DNA of 64,000 nucleotides from an uncultured bacterium (GTDB taxonomy: Bacteria > Patescibacteriota > Minisyncoccia > Phycocordibacterales > GWA1-40-21). The DNA is taken from the NCBI GenBank assembly GCA_963804975.1, contig CAWDSG010000002.1, positions 277,015 to 341,014 on the forward strand. The letters run 5' to 3'. Shown piece by piece: positions 50,150 to 59,849 of the stretch. The translations under genes were made by a program, and so were the position numbers. The notes under the pieces were generated by a model. It had not been told where the DNA came from. It made no database searches and saw only the letters and a list, made by a program, of their open reading frames with translations. The number at the start of each line of letters is the position of its first letter. Position 1 is the stretch's first letter.

Positions 50150-51907
50150 ATGCCATCCTCATCCGTAGAACAAATAAAAGAAAGATTAAGCATTGAGGAA
50201 GTTGTCGGCTCATACATCAAGCTTGAACGGGCGGGCAACAGTCTCAAAGCAAAATGTCCTTTTCATAATGAAAAAACGCCGTCTTTTTTTGTATCGCCGG
50301 AGAGAGGAAGCTATTATTGTTTCGGCTGCGGAGCCAAAGGCGATATATTCACTTTCGTTGAAAATTTTGAAGGAATCGATTTTGTCGGCGCTCTCAAAAT
50401 GCTTGCGGAAAGAGCCGGCGTAAAGCTTGAGCGTTTCAGCGAAAAAAATACTGACAAAAAGCAAAGATTATACGCTCTGCTTGAAGCCGCAACATTTTTT
50501 TTGGAAAGGAATCTGACAGGCGAAGACCTGCCTACCGGCCAGGCAGGGATCCCGCTTCAATATCTGAAAAAAAGGGGGCTTTCCGATAAGATCATCAAAG
50601 AATGGAGGATAGGGTACGTTCGGGACGAATGGCGTTCAATTTCCGATTATTTGAGCAAGAAAGGATTTACCGAAAGTGAAATGGAGCGCGCCGGCATCAC
50701 CAAAACCGAAGGGAAAAATACCTATGACAGATTCCGCGGCAGGATTATGTTTCCGATTTTTGACGCCGCCGGAAGGGTTATCGCATTTTCGGGAAGAATT
50801 TTAAATGACGACGGAAAGTCCGCGAAATATTTAAACAGCCCGCAGACGGAAATCTTTGATAAATCAAAAGTTCTCTACGGCTATCATGCGGCAAAGCAGG
50901 CCATAAGAAAATTTGATTTTTCCATTCTTGTGGAGGGGCAGATGGATCTGCTCTTGGCCCATCAGGCGGGATTTGAAAATACCGTCGCTTGCTCAGGCAC
51001 TGCGCTTACGGCGGAACATCTGCATCTGCTCAAAAGGATATCAAATAAAATTATCATGACTTTTGACGGTGATGAAGCCGGGGCAAAAGCAGCCGAGCGG
51101 GGATGGGCCCTTGCGCTATCTCTCGGAATGGATGTAAAAATTGCCGAATTGGAGAAAGGAATCGATCCGGCAGACCTGATACTGAAAAACAAAGAGGAAT
51201 TCAAAAATGTCTTAAAAAATTCGGTGCATTTGGTGGATTTTCTGTTGAACAGAATTATGGCAAAGCATGCGGATCAAAGGAAACTTGGTTTGGAATTGAA
51301 AAACAAGGTTCTGCCGTATGTTAAATTGCTTGAAAGCAATATCGAAAGATCTTTTTACGTCTCAAAAATCAGCGAAAAAACGGGAATAAAAGAAGAGGCA
51401 ATATGGGAGGATTTAAAAAATATAAAACTGGACGAGGAATTCCAGCCGAAAGAAAGCGGGGAAAATAAAGCGATAGAAAGGCAGATCGATTCGGAAATTC
51501 TCAAAAAAGGTTCTGTTGAAAGGAGTTTGGCGTCGATCCTGTCAAAGGAAGAAGGGCGGAAAAATGCGAATGCGGATATTTTGAAAAAAGAAATAGAAAA
51601 TATAATCGGCGAGGAAAGATACGGAAAATTTGAAAAGGAAAGGAAGTCCATATCGGGCGAACTGGCGTTTGAAGCGGAAGGATATTACGGCAATTTCCCG
51701 GAATTAAAAATGGGGAAAGAAATTGATTATCTGATATTGAATCTGCGGGAGGAAAATTATAAGAGGGAACTGAATGGCTTGCTGACGGATTTGAAAAAAT
51801 CCGAAAAAAACAGGGAGATCGAAAAAATAAAGGCAATATCAGTGAGATTGAAGGAAATAATGGAAAAATTGAGCAAAATCAAACAGGATAAGAACAAAAT
51901 TTTATAA
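50150..51907 (+). CDS. dnaG: DNA primase
   Basis: CPFHNEKTPSF, CFGC, DRFRGRIMFPI, KYLNSP, VEGQMD, DGDEAG. Confidence 0.95.
   Translation: MPSSSVEQIKERLSIEEVVGSYIKLERAGNSLKAKCPFHNEKTPSFFVSPERGSYYCFGCGAKGDIFTFVENFEGIDFVGALKMLAERAGVKLERFSEKNTDKKQRLYALLEAATFFLERNLTGEDLPTGQAGIPLQYLKKRGLSDKIIKEWRIGYVRDEWRSISDYLSKKGFTESEMERAGITKTEGKNTYDRFRGRIMFPIFDAAGRVIAFSGRILNDDGKSAKYLNSPQTEIFDKSKVLYGYHAAKQAIRKFDFSILVEGQMDLLLAHQAGFENTVACSGTALTAEHLHLLKRISNKIIMTFDGDEAGAKAAERGWALALSLGMDVKIAELEKGIDPADLILKNKEEFKNVLKNSVHLVDFLLNRIMAKHADQRKLGLELKNKVLPYVKLLESNIERSFYVSKISEKTGIKEEAIWEDLKNIKLDEEFQPKESGENKAIERQIDSEILKKGSVERSLASILSKEEGRKNANADILKKEIENIIGEERYGKFEKERKSISGELAFEAEGYYGNFPELKMGKEIDYLILNLREENYKRELNGLLTDLKKSEKNREIEKIKAISVRLKEIMEKLSKIKQDKNKIL
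50527..50547 (+). repeat. 21-bp in-frame coding palindrome, copy in dnaG (LPTGQAG)
   Basis: CCTGCCTACCGGCCAGGCAGG, identical to the mnmA copy. Confidence 0.9.
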
Positions 51908-51925
51908 ATTTTAATAAAATCAATT

Positions 51926-53074
51926 ATGCCCAAGAAAAACAAAACAAAAAAATTTTCCAAAGCAGCTGCAAAAAAACCAAAAGTTGAAAAAATTTCAGCA
52001 AAAAGGAAGGAATGGGAATTGAAGGCCGAAAAGATAATCGCCAAAGGAAGAGAGAGGGGTTTTGTGACATACGACGAAATCCTGAAAGAATTCCCCAGAA
52101 TTGAAGAGGATGTCATTTTTCTTGACGAACTTTACAACAAATTCATATCCGCGGGGCTTGATGTTTTGGAAGGAGGAGGATTGCTTGAAGTTAATGACGA
52201 ACAGGTAAAAAAATACACATATGGCTCACGTTCACCGGATGCAAGCTATGATTCAATCCAGATATATCTGAAGGAAATCGGCCAATATCCTCTGATCAGC
52301 GCCTCAATGGAAAAAGATCTGGCAAGAAAAATATTGGCCGGAGACACGGAAGCGAAAAATCTTTTGGCAAAAGCGAATTTGCGCCTTGTCGTTTCCATCG
52401 CCAAAAAATATGTGGGAAGGAGCGCCGACCTTACGCTTTTGGATCTTATACAGGAAGGAAACCTCGGACTTTTCAAAGCAGTGGACAAGTTTGACTGGAC
52501 AAAGGGCTTCAAGTTTTCCACTTATGCGACATGGTGGATCAGGCAGGCCATCACAAGAGCTTTGGCGGACCAATCAAGGACAATCCGAGTGCCGGTCCAT
52601 ATGGTTGAGACGATTGCGAAATACAAGCAGGTTTACAGGAGATTATCGCAGGATCTGGGCAGGGAACCGCTGCCCGATGAAATCGCAACCGAGATGGGTC
52701 TTGATGTGGAAAAAGTTTTTATGATTGAAAAAATAGACCAGGATACGCTTTCTCTTGAAAACCCCGTCGGCGATGACGATGAAGGCAAGTCCACGCTTGG
52801 CGATTTTGTGGCTGACGACAAAATACTTTCTCCGGACCAGGAGTCATCAAGAAGGATTCTTTCAGACCAAGTGAAGGAAATTTTGAATGATTTGTCTCTG
52901 AAGGAAAGGAAAATTTTGGAAATGAGGCACGGCCTTACGGACGGCATAACCCACACTCTTGAGGAGGTCGGCCTGGAATTCGGCGTTACCCGCGAAAGAA
53001 TCAGGCAAATTGAGGCAAAAGCCCACGAAAAAATCCGCCAGCACGAGAAGATAAACAAGCTTCAAAGCTATTAA
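51926..53074 (+). CDS. rpoD: Primary sigma factor RpoD/SigA
   Basis: [44 protein letters not shown]. Confidence 0.95.
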   Translation: MPKKNKTKKFSKAAAKKPKVEKISAKRKEWELKAEKIIAKGRERGFVTYDEILKEFPRIEEDVIFLDELYNKFISAGLDVLEGGGLLEVNDEQVKKYTYGSRSPDASYDSIQIYLKEIGQYPLISASMEKDLARKILAGDTEAKNLLAKANLRLVVSIAKKYVGRSADLTLLDLIQEGNLGLFKAVDKFDWTKGFKFSTYATWWIRQAITRALADQSRTIRVPVHMVETIAKYKQVYRRLSQDLGREPLPDEIATEMGLDVEKVFMIEKIDQDTLSLENPVGDDDEGKSTLGDFVADDKILSPDQESSRRILSDQVKEILNDLSLKERKILEMRHGLTDGITHTLEEVGLEFGVTRERIRQIEAKAHEKIRQHEKINKLQSY

Positions 53075-53193
53075 ATTTGCTTGCTATTTTATCCACTATT
53101 GACTTATTGTAGGGGCAGGAAGCATATTGTATAATTACGGTTGATATTTATAGTCATCTATAAATTTATTAATTGTTAATTTTTAATAAAAAA

Positions 53194-55845
53194 ATGAAAC
53201 ACTCTTTATTTGGAATACGAACCCTCGCGATTGCCGCAGTAGCTTTTGTGAGCGGTCTTTTAATGTTCGCCGGAACCGCATCGGCCGCTTTTCTTGCGCA
53301 TACGGATAGCACTACAGCAAATAGCACTTCTACTTTAGGTTTGATAGGAACGTCAGCCACCTCTTCCGATGCAACAATTGCAACAACTTCAATCACCGGC
53401 GGCGGTACTACCATATCAATTACCTCCGTAGCTTCAGGAACAGCCACAATCATAGTTACGGATGATAGTGACTATACAGCAACTATAGGTGTAGCAGTAG
53501 CTTCCTCCGGAGCAATCACAATCGGAACTATTGCACCAAACGCAGTAACAATTAACGTAACGGGAATTTCTTTGGATAAAATAAGCCAAGCTCTTGCGGT
53601 CGGTAACGGGTATCAGCTTACAGCCACCGTTACCCCTGAAGATGCTTGGGACCCAACTGTAAATTGGTCTTCAAGCGATGAAGATGTTGCAACAGTTGAT
53701 TCCGATGGTCTTATAGATGCAATTGACGTCGGAAACGCAACAATCACAGCGGAAACAGTGGATGGCAGTTTTACCGCTACCGATTATTTAACAATAGATC
53801 CTGAACCGACAATTTCTTCCATTTCTCCGTCTTCTGGCCCTACCGCCGGCGGCACAGAAATAACTATTACAGGAACTGGATTTGAAAATGATGCAGAGGT
53901 ATCGACTTTATATGGTTTGCTGGAGATTATCGCTTCAAGCAGTACAGAAATTATTACAACGACTCCTGCAACAAGTTCGGAAAATATAATGCCTATTTTC
54001 GTTATCAATCCCTATGATGGCGGCATTGCATTTAACTTATTCACTTACGATGACACGAATCCTTCCTTTGGCGCTCACATAGGAACTTCAACAATAATAA
54101 CAGGAGCCACAACAACAATCGGTGTTACTGTAAATGATAATGTATCCGTAGCTTCCGCAGAAATCAGTTTTGATGATGGCGATACATGGCTTCCTATGAC
54201 TGAAACTGCAGCCAGCGCTTTAAGAAATTTAGCTATTCAAAGACGATACACTTATAACGAATATGTTCCGGAAGGATCGCCGGATATTGATTATGAAGTT
54301 CAAGCATTTGATACGGCGGGCAATTCCGCGACATTGAATGATACGCTGATAATATTACCGTCAATTAGCGATATTTCTCCACCTTCCGGCGCAACCATAG
54401 GCGGAACTTCCATAACCATTACAGGAACTGGATTTGTAGACGGTGCGGATGTAACCATCGGCGGCGTCGAAGCAACCGATATCGTGGTGGCTAGCAGCAC
54501 TGAAATTACAGCAACAACTCCTGTGGGCACAGTCGGTCCGGCAGATGTTATCATTACCAATTCTGATGACGGATCAGTTGATGCTTTATCTGCATTCACC
54601 TATACCGATTCGGAAGTGGAAGCAGCTAAAATTACAGCGGAGACCCTCGGGACGATTCACATCGGAGATTCGGTATTGGACAAAGCTCAGGTATTGGTGG
54701 ACGATGAATACGCCGTTTCTATAACCGGTGGTACAGCCGATGACACATATATTGATGATTCAGGCACGGCAATAGCGGCGTCCGGTGGAGAAACAGGGAC
54801 AATCGGTTTTACCGTCACTACTATTACGCCATCAGAGGATACGGCTGATACTGGAGTATTGGATATTTCGGTAATATCCACACCGGTGATTGATACTATT
54901 TCGCCATCTTTTGGCCCAGCTTCAGGAGGAACAGCCATAACTATCATAGGAACTGGCTTTTTGGGCGGTGAAGGCGACGATGTAACTATCGGCGGCACAG
55001 AAGCAACAAATATTGATTTTGTAAGCGATACTGAAATTACAGCCACAACTCCTGCAGGTGCAGGCGGTCCAGCAAATGTTGTTGTTGCTAATTATGATGG
55101 TGGCCGAACTACTTCAGTCGGAGGATTTTCTTATCTTTCCGGTGGGCACCATGCTGCTGTTACAAGTGTTTCTCTCAATGAAACCAGCCGAACTCTTACT
55201 GTCGGCAATACGGATCAGCTTACAGCAACTGTTGTTCCGTCCAATGCTACCAATCAAACTGTAAATTGGTCATCAAGTAATTCCAGCGTTGCAACCGTTT
55301 CTGCTACTGGTTTAATAACTGTCGTTGGAGCCGGTTCGGCGACAATTACTGCAACTACTGCGGATGGCGGTTATACAGCAACCGATGTTTTGACGGTTAA
55401 CTCGGCATCGACAGTTGTGTCGGGCGGCGGAGGAGGCGGAGGAGGATCACCTGTTGTTACAACAACCCCAACGAATACTTCGGCGCTTACGCAAGCGCAG
55501 ATAAGCGCGATTGTCGCATTACTTCAGTCGTTCGGAGCCGATGCGGAAACAGTTGCCAACATCCAGGCGATTCTTTCCGGACAAGCAACACCTGTTTCTT
55601 CGGCAACAGTATCGGCATACATTTTTACCTCGGATCTGACTATAGGAAGCAAAGGCACGGCTGTTGTCGCATTGCAGCAGATTCTTGTTAAGGAAGGATA
55701 TCTTGTAATGCCGGCAGGCGTAGCGGAAGGTTACTTCGGAACGCTTACGCAAGCGGCTCTCGCCAAATTCCAAGTTGCAAACGGTATTTCACCGGCAGCG
55801 GGATATTTCGGCCCTAAGACAAGGGCATTTCTGAACGGCAAATAA
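53194..55845 (+). CDS. Cell-surface protein with Big_2 and IPT/TIG repeats and C-terminal peptidoglycan-binding domain
   Basis: Signal peptide; ISP.SG...GGT.ITI.GTGF x3; LTIGSKG..V..LQ..L...GYFG..T..AL..FQ...GYFGPKTR. Confidence 0.85.
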   Translation: MKHSLFGIRTLAIAAVAFVSGLLMFAGTASAAFLAHTDSTTANSTSTLGLIGTSATSSDATIATTSITGGGTTISITSVASGTATIIVTDDSDYTATIGVAVASSGAITIGTIAPNAVTINVTGISLDKISQALAVGNGYQLTATVTPEDAWDPTVNWSSSDEDVATVDSDGLIDAIDVGNATITAETVDGSFTATDYLTIDPEPTISSISPSSGPTAGGTEITITGTGFENDAEVSTLYGLLEIIASSSTEIITTTPATSSENIMPIFVINPYDGGIAFNLFTYDDTNPSFGAHIGTSTIITGATTTIGVTVNDNVSVASAEISFDDGDTWLPMTETAASALRNLAIQRRYTYNEYVPEGSPDIDYEVQAFDTAGNSATLNDTLIILPSISDISPPSGATIGGTSITITGTGFVDGADVTIGGVEATDIVVASSTEITATTPVGTVGPADVIITNSDDGSVDALSAFTYTDSEVEAAKITAETLGTIHIGDSVLDKAQVLVDDEYAVSITGGTADDTYIDDSGTAIAASGGETGTIGFTVTTITPSEDTADTGVLDISVISTPVIDTISPSFGPASGGTAITIIGTGFLGGEGDDVTIGGTEATNIDFVSDTEITATTPAGAGGPANVVVANYDGGRTTSVGGFSYLSGGHHAAVTSVSLNETSRTLTVGNTDQLTATVVPSNATNQTVNWSSSNSSVATVSATGLITVVGAGSATITATTADGGYTATDVLTVNSASTVVSGGGGGGGGSPVVTTTPTNTSALTQAQISAIVALLQSFGADAETVANIQAILSGQATPVSSATVSAYIFTSDLTIGSKGTAVVALQQILVKEGYLVMPAGVAEGYFGTLTQAALAKFQVANGISPAAGYFGPKTRAFLNGK

Positions 55846-55858
55846 AACAGAACAAAAC

Positions 55859-55895
55859 AAAACCCCGAGGTTCCACCTCGGGGTTTTTGTCAACA
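55859..55895. repeat. REP-like palindrome copy 4, probable terminator
   Basis: AAAACCCCGAGGT-TCC-ACCTCGGGGTTTTTGTCAACA. Confidence 0.75.
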
Positions 55896-55933
55896 TTTGC
55901 GTTTGAATTTTTACCCTGTACAATGAATCGCGG

Positions 55934-57043
55934 ATGAAAAAATTTTATATCGCCTTATCATTTATAATTTGCTTTTTGCTATTGTCGCAAAAAGCGCAAG
56001 CCAGTTATCATTTCGCAAATTTCAAGGGCAAGCCGCCGATTCATATCTCGGCAAATTCTTCCAAAACTCCTCAAGGCCTTGCTCCTGACGAAATTAAATC
56101 CGTTTATAATCTGCCCAAAACCGGCGGAAAAGGCACAGTTGCTGTTATTGACGCATATAACGATCAATATGCAGAACACGATCTCAGTGTATTTTCCACA
56201 ACATTCAATCTGCCGGCCTGCACGGTGAAAAACGGCTGTCTGGAAATCCATAAAATGTCCTCATCAATAAAAACGAATTCCGGCTGGCGCGGAGAAACAT
56301 CACTTGATATTGAATGGATCCATGCAATCGCGCCAGACGCAAAAATTCTTCTTGTTGAGGCAACAACCCCGAGCGGGACAAACCTAATCAATGCGGTTGA
56401 TTATGCCGCATCGCGGAAAGATGTAGTTTCCATATCAATGAGCTGGGGCGGAGCGGAATTTCCGGAGGAAGTTTCCATGGACAGCCATTTTATAAGCAAA
56501 TCAGGCGCGGTATTTTTCGCTTCTTCCGGAGATGACGGCGCGGGCGCATCGTGGCCTGCATCATCTCCGAATGTAATCGGTGTCGGCGGCACAACAGTGA
56601 ATTTCACATCGGGCGGAAATTTTCAAAAAGAAACCGCATGGAGCGGAAGCGGCGGAGGAGTCAGCGAATACGAAAAATCTCCGCTGTACCAGAGCAATTA
56701 CAGCATACCGAAATCAAAAAATATGAGGGCGATTCCCGATGTTTCCTACGATGCCGATCCTGTCTCAGGATTTTCAGTGTATTGGTCAAGCTCGGCTAAA
56801 GGCGGCGCATGGCATATCGTTGGCGGAACTTCAGCCGGAGCGCCGCAATGGGCGGCGATTGAATCTCTCGGCCATACCGTGACAAATCAAAAATTATATT
56901 CGGATAAAGCGCAGGAGAATTATTCCGATTATTTCCGCGATATTACTTCCGGCACGAACGGTTCATGCACATATTATTGCACCGCCAGGAAGCATTACGA
57001 CTATGTTACCGGTCTCGGAAGTCCGCTGACGGTTAAATTTTAA
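55934..57043 (+). CDS. Secreted S53 (sedolisin-like) serine peptidase
   Basis: ETSLDIE (ExxxD), SSGDDG, GGTSAGAP, YDYVTGLGSP. Confidence 0.85.
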   Translation: MKKFYIALSFIICFLLLSQKAQASYHFANFKGKPPIHISANSSKTPQGLAPDEIKSVYNLPKTGGKGTVAVIDAYNDQYAEHDLSVFSTTFNLPACTVKNGCLEIHKMSSSIKTNSGWRGETSLDIEWIHAIAPDAKILLVEATTPSGTNLINAVDYAASRKDVVSISMSWGGAEFPEEVSMDSHFISKSGAVFFASSGDDGAGASWPASSPNVIGVGGTTVNFTSGGNFQKETAWSGSGGGVSEYEKSPLYQSNYSIPKSKNMRAIPDVSYDADPVSGFSVYWSSSAKGGAWHIVGGTSAGAPQWAAIESLGHTVTNQKLYSDKAQENYSDYFRDITSGTNGSCTYYCTARKHYDYVTGLGSPLTVKF

Positions 57044-57046
57044 TAC

Positions 57047-57817
57047 TTATTTCAATATCGTATCGATTATATTTTTTACATTCGCAAGCGGTATCGCGCC
57101 GTTAAGCGTTATTTCTTTGTTATCCGAAGAAATTAAAATGTTCTGCGCCAAATTCTGATTTGCGGTGTACATATTTATCGTATTTTCCTTGTCACTTGTG
57201 AGAGAAGTTTTCAAAATCATCACGGAGAAAGGAGTACCCTGCGCTCCGGCGGCAACCGCATCGTTTCCTTCCTGCCGTATAAGGCCGGCATAAGTGCTGC
57301 CCGCAAGGCATGCATTGAATTTTGTTACATTAAGTCCGAGTTCGCCGGCAATCATAGGCAATATAGCGGGATTCAAACTGTCGGTTGATGTTGTCGTAGA
57401 GAATATATTATCAATATAGTTCCAGAAAACCGCATTTCCGCCTTGTGCATTTGCGCATTCAATCGCGTCTGCTTCGTTCGGTGAAAGAGAATGGACGGTG
57501 AAATGGCGGTATACCCATGCCACCTGGCCGTCTTTGCCGTAAGTATTCACAACTGTTTGCATTGAATTTTGAAATACTTTGCAATACGGGCATTCGGTGT
57601 CGGAATATTCAACGATGACGATCGGAGCGTTCGGATTCCCAAGAATGTGATCATCTGTATTTATCGGCTTGATTGAAATGCTTGATGCCTGCGCTTGCGC
57701 ATTATTATTTGCCGGTGCGGGAGTATTGCTTTTGTTTGACAGAAGTATCGCGCCGGCTATCAATATGCCAACTACGATAATTGCTCCAGGTATAGATAAA
57801 TTATTTTTTTCTTCCAT
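57047..57817 (-). CDS. DsbA-family thiol:disulfide oxidoreductase
   Basis: DHILGNPNAP..IVEYSDTECPYC, GTP; N-terminal TM. Confidence 0.88.
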   Translation of the reverse strand: MEEKNNLSIPGAIIVVGILIAGAILLSNKSNTPAPANNNAQAQASSISIKPINTDDHILGNPNAPIVIVEYSDTECPYCKVFQNSMQTVVNTYGKDGQVAWVYRHFTVHSLSPNEADAIECANAQGGNAVFWNYIDNIFSTTTSTDSLNPAILPMIAGELGLNVTKFNACLAGSTYAGLIRQEGNDAVAAGAQGTPFSVMILKTSLTSDKENTINMYTANQNLAQNILISSDNKEITLNGAIPLANVKNIIDTILK

Positions 57818-57883
57818 AAAAGATTATTTTAACATATTATGAAATAGTTGCAAAAAATCATATTTTCGTGTAATATATCACGC

Positions 57884-58201
57884 ATGGAATTTGCAGTAAT
57901 CAAAACAGGAGGCAAGCAATATAAGGTTAAAAAAGGAGATTCTATAAAGATAGAAAAACTTTCCGATACTGCCAAAATCGGCGATAAAGTCGTTTTTGAA
58001 CAGGTTTTACTCGTAGATAACGGCAAAGACACAAGTATCGGTATGCCATATATAGCTGGCGCAAAAGTAGAGGCAAAAATAGAAAAAATAGGCAAGCTTC
58101 CGACTGTAACAGTCATTCATTACAAACAGAAGAGCAGATATTTCAAGAAAAACGGTCATAGACAGCCATATTTTCAAGTAAAAATTGATGCGATCAAATA
58201 A
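57884..58201 (+). CDS. rplU: 50S ribosomal protein L21
   Basis: FAVIKTGGKQYKV, GHRQPY; ATG at 57884. Confidence 0.95.
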   Translation: MEFAVIKTGGKQYKVKKGDSIKIEKLSDTAKIGDKVVFEQVLLVDNGKDTSIGMPYIAGAKVEAKIEKIGKLPTVTVIHYKQKSRYFKKNGHRQPYFQVKIDAIK

Positions 58202-59849
58202 AACTCACAAATATATTTTCGTCGTTGGAGGCGTCATGTCGGGCGTAGGCAAAGGCATCGCTGTCTCATCTATCGGAACCCTTCTTCAAGCGAAGGGTTT
58301 TTCTGTAAACCTTCTGAAAGTTGATCCATATCTCAATGTTGACGCAGGAACGATGAATCCAGTGGAACACGGCGAAGTATTTGTTTTGAATTCAGGCCTT
58401 GAGACGGACCAGGATATGGGAAACTACGAAAGATTCCTGAACATAGATCTGACAAACGATGATTACATCACTTCCGGCATGGTTTACAAGCATGTCATTG
58501 AAGCGGAAAGGGCGCTTAAATACGGCGGAAAATGCGTGGAAGCCATTCCGCAAATCCGCGATGAAATAATCCACCGCTATGAAAAATCGGCGAGAGTGAG
58601 CAAATCGGATATCACTGTTGTGGAAATCGGCGGCACCATAGGCGACTATCAGAACATTATGTTCATAGAAGCGGCAAGGACGATAAAAGTAAGGCATCCG
58701 AATGACGTGGCTTTTATCATTGTCAGCTATATGCCGGTGCCAACAAAACTCGGCGAGATGAAATCCAAGCCGACTCAAAATGCTCTACGCCAACTCAATT
58801 CTTACGGAGTTAACGCAGATATAATCATTGCGCGCTCGGAGGTGAAAATGGACCAGAAAAGAAAAGAAAAAATAGCTATTTCCTGCAGTGTGCACACGGA
58901 CCATGTCATTTCCGCTCCGGATATAGAAAGTGTTTTTGATGTTCCGCTGAATTTTGAAAAAGATAACTTGAGCAAAATTTTAATAAAACTTTTATATTTG
59001 AAAAAAAAGAAAAATGGAACGGGAATGGGCAAGTGGAAGAGTTTTGCAAATAGCGTGAGAAACCTGCCTACCGGCCAGGCAGGTACCATAAATATCGCAA
59101 TTGTCGGCAAATACTTCAATACGGGCGATTTTGTGCTTACGGACGCTTATGTTTCGGTGCTTGAGGCCATCAAATACTCGGCATATAAGCTCAAGAAAAA
59201 AGCTGTGATCCACAGCGTAAATGCCCGTGATTACGAGAATAGAAAAGCCGATTTCAAAGCACTGGAAAAATTTGACGGGATAATCGTGCCCGGCGGATTC
59301 GGCGAATCAGGAATAGAAGGAAAGCTTGCCGTCATAAAATACGCTCGAGAAAAAAAGATTCCGTATTTCGGACTTTGCTACGGAATGCAGCTTATGGTCA
59401 TAGAATATGCCAGAAATGTTCTGAAGCTCAAAGACGCAAATACGGCTGAAATAAATCCTAAATCAAAAAATCTTGTCATAGATATAATGCCGGATCAGAA
59501 AAAGAAAATTGCGGAAGGTAATTATGGCGGGAGCATGCGGCTCGGCGCTTATCCTGCATTTTTGGAAAACGATACGATAGCCAGCGAGGCCTACGGAAAA
59601 AATAAAATTGAAGAAAGGCACAGGCATAGGTATGAAGTAAATCCTGAATATGCAAAAAAACTGACTAATGCCGGCCTGGTATTTTCCGGAAAATCACCGG
59701 ACGGAATCCTTATGGAAATCGCTGAGCTTCCGAAAAAAGTCCATCCGTTTTTCCTCGGTACCCAATTCCACCCGGAATTCTTAGCGCGACCTTTGAGCCC
59801 GCACCCTCTTTTTACGGAGTTCATAAAAGCAGCAATAAAGAAAAAATGA
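58188..59849 (+). CDS. pyrG: CTP synthase
   Basis: GGVMSGVGKG, DPYLNVDAGTM, GLCYGMQ, RHRHRYE, QFHPE. Confidence 0.97.
   Translation: MRSNKTHKYIFVVGGVMSGVGKGIAVSSIGTLLQAKGFSVNLLKVDPYLNVDAGTMNPVEHGEVFVLNSGLETDQDMGNYERFLNIDLTNDDYITSGMVYKHVIEAERALKYGGKCVEAIPQIRDEIIHRYEKSARVSKSDITVVEIGGTIGDYQNIMFIEAARTIKVRHPNDVAFIIVSYMPVPTKLGEMKSKPTQNALRQLNSYGVNADIIIARSEVKMDQKRKEKIAISCSVHTDHVISAPDIESVFDVPLNFEKDNLSKILIKLLYLKKKKNGTGMGKWKSFANSVRNLPTGQAGTINIAIVGKYFNTGDFVLTDAYVSVLEAIKYSAYKLKKKAVIHSVNARDYENRKADFKALEKFDGIIVPGGFGESGIEGKLAVIKYAREKKIPYFGLCYGMQLMVIEYARNVLKLKDANTAEINPKSKNLVIDIMPDQKKKIAEGNYGGSMRLGAYPAFLENDTIASEAYGKNKIEERHRHRYEVNPEYAKKLTNAGLVFSGKSPDGILMEIAELPKKVHPFFLGTQFHPEFLARPLSPHPLFTEFIKAAIKKK
59063..59083 (+). 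repeat. 21-bp in-frame coding palindrome, copy in pyrG (LPTGQAG)
   Basis: CCTGCCTACCGGCCAGGCAGG in the synthase/GATase linker. Confidence 0.9.
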
